Assembly (NCBI RefSeq): GCF_011745625.1 | Contig: NW_027191474.1 | Span: forward strand, 124,001-188,000 | DNA: 64,000 nucleotides | From: Cladosporium halotolerans | Lineage: Eukaryota | Reading direction: 5' to 3' | Part shown: positions 61,679-64,000 of the stretch, piece after piece | Numbering within the stretch: position 1 is the stretch's first letter | Layout: the number at the start of each line of letters is the position of its first letter | Notes under the pieces: model-generated | What the model was told of the DNA's origin: nothing | Databases searched by the model: none | The model's input: only the letters and a program-made list of their open reading frames with translations | Program-made: the position numbers and the translations under genes

Positions 61679-63861
61679 CTAGTACCAGGGCTTATCCAAA
61701 TCGATATCAAACCCAGCGTTGACATTCGCCGAGATGGGCTCCAGCTCTGGAAGCAAGTTGAAGAAGTCCGGAGGTATCTCGAGAGCGTTGAAGTCCGGAA
61801 CGGCGAAGGCATCGTAATTGCTTGTCCAAGCTTGTTCCGATGCTAGATTGCCAGCCGGTTGGTCTTTGGCTTGCTCCTGTTGGTGTTGTAATGAGCTGGT
61901 CAGGTGGTGGGAGCCGTCTGGTTCTCGGGATATCAATTTCGTGTCTAGATGTTGCAGCTCTCTATAGATGAGCGCTAAGGCTGAGGTGATGACTGGCAAG
62001 AATGGTCAGCTTAGCAGGCATATTTGCTACATAGCCAAGCTTACTAGGGCTGGTCACTTTGATCCTCTCCAGCGTCTCGACACAAAATTTGAGGCTGTCC
62101 ATGGCTTGAGAAGTGAAGTCTCTCGTAGCTTGCACTTGAAGCAAGAAGACAGATGCTGCGATGTAGACTGCATACGCCTGAGATGTAATAACATGGCCGT
62201 GACCGAAGGACCTTGTGAAAAAGCTGAAAAGTACAAGGATAGCGTTGGCAGCTTCGAGACATTGCCGGAGGTGATGTCCGCTCTGCGAATCGCTAGCCTC
62301 TTCGTGCTTGCCGTAAGTCGTGAGCAAGGGTCTATGCAGGAGTATCCGTGTAGTATGATATAGGAGGCTGTGCCATGTTAGTTGAGATGTCTGGCAGGCT
62401 GCCCAAACTAGTATGCTCACTTCAAGGTTACAATGTGGCTCGGCGGGCACTGCGTGGGCAGTGACTGAACCGATATTGTGAGATGAGCCGGAAGTCGTTC
62501 ATGCCATGTCGCAAGCCTTCTCTCTTCGTCAAAAGCGCATTTGGCCACCTCTGCAAGAGTGCTCTCTTTCACCGGATTGTACATCGTGACCAATACAGCG
62601 TTCAAGATCTTGGACAGAGCGCATGTATTAATGAAACAGGATGTGGTATGGGCCTGCATTGGCGGATAGTTGTCAACGTAAGATTGATCCAGCCCTTGTG
62701 GTACCCACGTTTCGATCTCTCCAGTATCATCCAACACGTGAAGCGGTGGACTTTCCGAAGTCTCGTGTAGCGCCGGCAGCCGACCCAGATAGAGTGAGAT
62801 TATTTTGTCCCAAAAGTAGCACGACCAGAAGAGACGATTTCGGATCTCGATTTCCTCAACAGAGAGTTGAACGGTCTTTGCGTATTTCCGCCCGTCAAAA
62901 ATGATACCCAAATCGACAATCAGTCTGAAGGCCATGCCACTGTAGAGCCACGCTTGAGAGAGATTGCCTGCGCCGCATTCCTGGGCACTGAGTAGTAGCA
63001 AGGCCTGTACTGTAGGAATGGAAGGAGCGCCAGTTTGCAGAGCGGTCATGAGATCAGCTCGCGCCTGACGGCCAAAGTACGCACCGCCTTCGAAGGGTTC
63101 CAGGAGAGGTAGGATACGCTCGTTTGCCTTAGCCCATCTCACAGAGTGTGCGAGAACAGCATTCAGCAGTAAGACCGAGCAATACGGGCCATTACTTTGT
63201 AAATCACGGGTAAAGGTAGGCCGGTAGACGAAATTGAAGACAGGCTGTATCCAGCACCAGTGGAGATCCAAGAGGATTTGTATTACCTCGGGTAGATTAG
63301 ACAACTTTTCGAGAGCACGCTCCGTCCAGGCACTGTTGATGAGTTCCTGCTTCGCCTGCTCGGGATTATGCTCCGAGCCAGATGCTGCAGCATAATGGTC
63401 ATTGGGTCCTGCAACACCCAAATTCATGAAGCTAGTACGGCCATGGAACGAGATGTGACCACCATCGCGCCTGGTCAGACTGGGCAAGTTCCTCGATGAC
63501 TCTGAGCGTTCGTCTACCGGGGATTGAACGGATCCACTTTGCTCAGAGCCAGGCGACTGATTTGGCAGACCTTGAGCTTTCGCCAGAGCCGTCTCAAGCT
63601 CCGATATACGACTTTCTAGCCTTTGAATGTGGGACAAAGATGGTGCTCTAGACCGATACCGTTAGAATGCGAATGGGGTACAGCCATTGAATCTTCTTAC
63701 AATTTATAGACACACGAATGGTCGCCTCTAGCCAAGCAACGAGCACAAATGGGATGGCCTCCATCGCATTTGACCTTTCTGCGCCGACATGATTCACAGG
63801 AGAATGCGCTCTTTTTACGGATACCGCCGTCTGGGACCGGAGGGCTGCTTGGCGGTGCCAT
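61679..63861 (-). CDS. Zn(II)2Cys6 transcription factor with a fungal TF middle domain (NirA-like), 4 exons
   Basis: ATG at 63861; CESCRRRKVKCDGGHPICARCLARGDHSC; AWLYSGMAFRL and RNRLFWSCYFWDKIISLYLGR; canonical introns. Confidence 0.92.
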
Positions 63862-64000
63862 AGCAGTGAAATCAGAAGATAGGTATATACAGCAAACGAT
63901 GCAACGAAAGCATGATGTCTGTCTGAATCGCGCGAAACGATTCCGACCGGTCGGGTGCTTCTAACGAAGATGCGGAGGGCATAGAGGATGGCGAATGGAA

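Noticed and set aside
1..64000. CRISPR arrays and tRNA genes
   Set aside because: Eukaryotic DNA with no repeat-spacer array; I recognised no tRNA by eye, though tRNAscan-SE was not run.

Overview
This is filamentous-ascomycete genomic DNA (short GT-AG introns with CTRAC branch points and dispersed 5S rRNA genes); a Dothideomycete origin is my inference. GC-rich core blocks (about 0-31 kb and 50-56 kb) carry the proteasome beta-6 gene, Spp2, a stand-alone A-T-R NRPS-like reductase, a Seb1/MsnA C2H2 factor, RPL36, a thioredoxin-PITH gene, a TUG/Ubx4 gene, Sfk1, Ies2 and Pex33. Two compositionally plainer accessory blocks lie at about 31-50 kb and 56-64 kb. The first holds two identical same-orientation 5S rRNA genes 9,480 bp apart that bracket a GH28 exo-polygalacturonase, a sugar porter, an HSL-family esterase and a Zn2Cys6 factor, followed by GH27, GH115 and a membrane RING gene. 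The second is a four-gene cluster: mitochondrial carrier, LigI-like amidohydrolase, MFS transporter and Zn2Cys6 factor. The strongest leads are the 5S-bounded pectin cassette with galacturonate-response elements, the lactonase/carrier cluster, a 94-aa ORF ending 62 nt before UBX4, and a 3-nt micro-exon. All calls come from reading the sequence and recognising motifs; no database searches were run.
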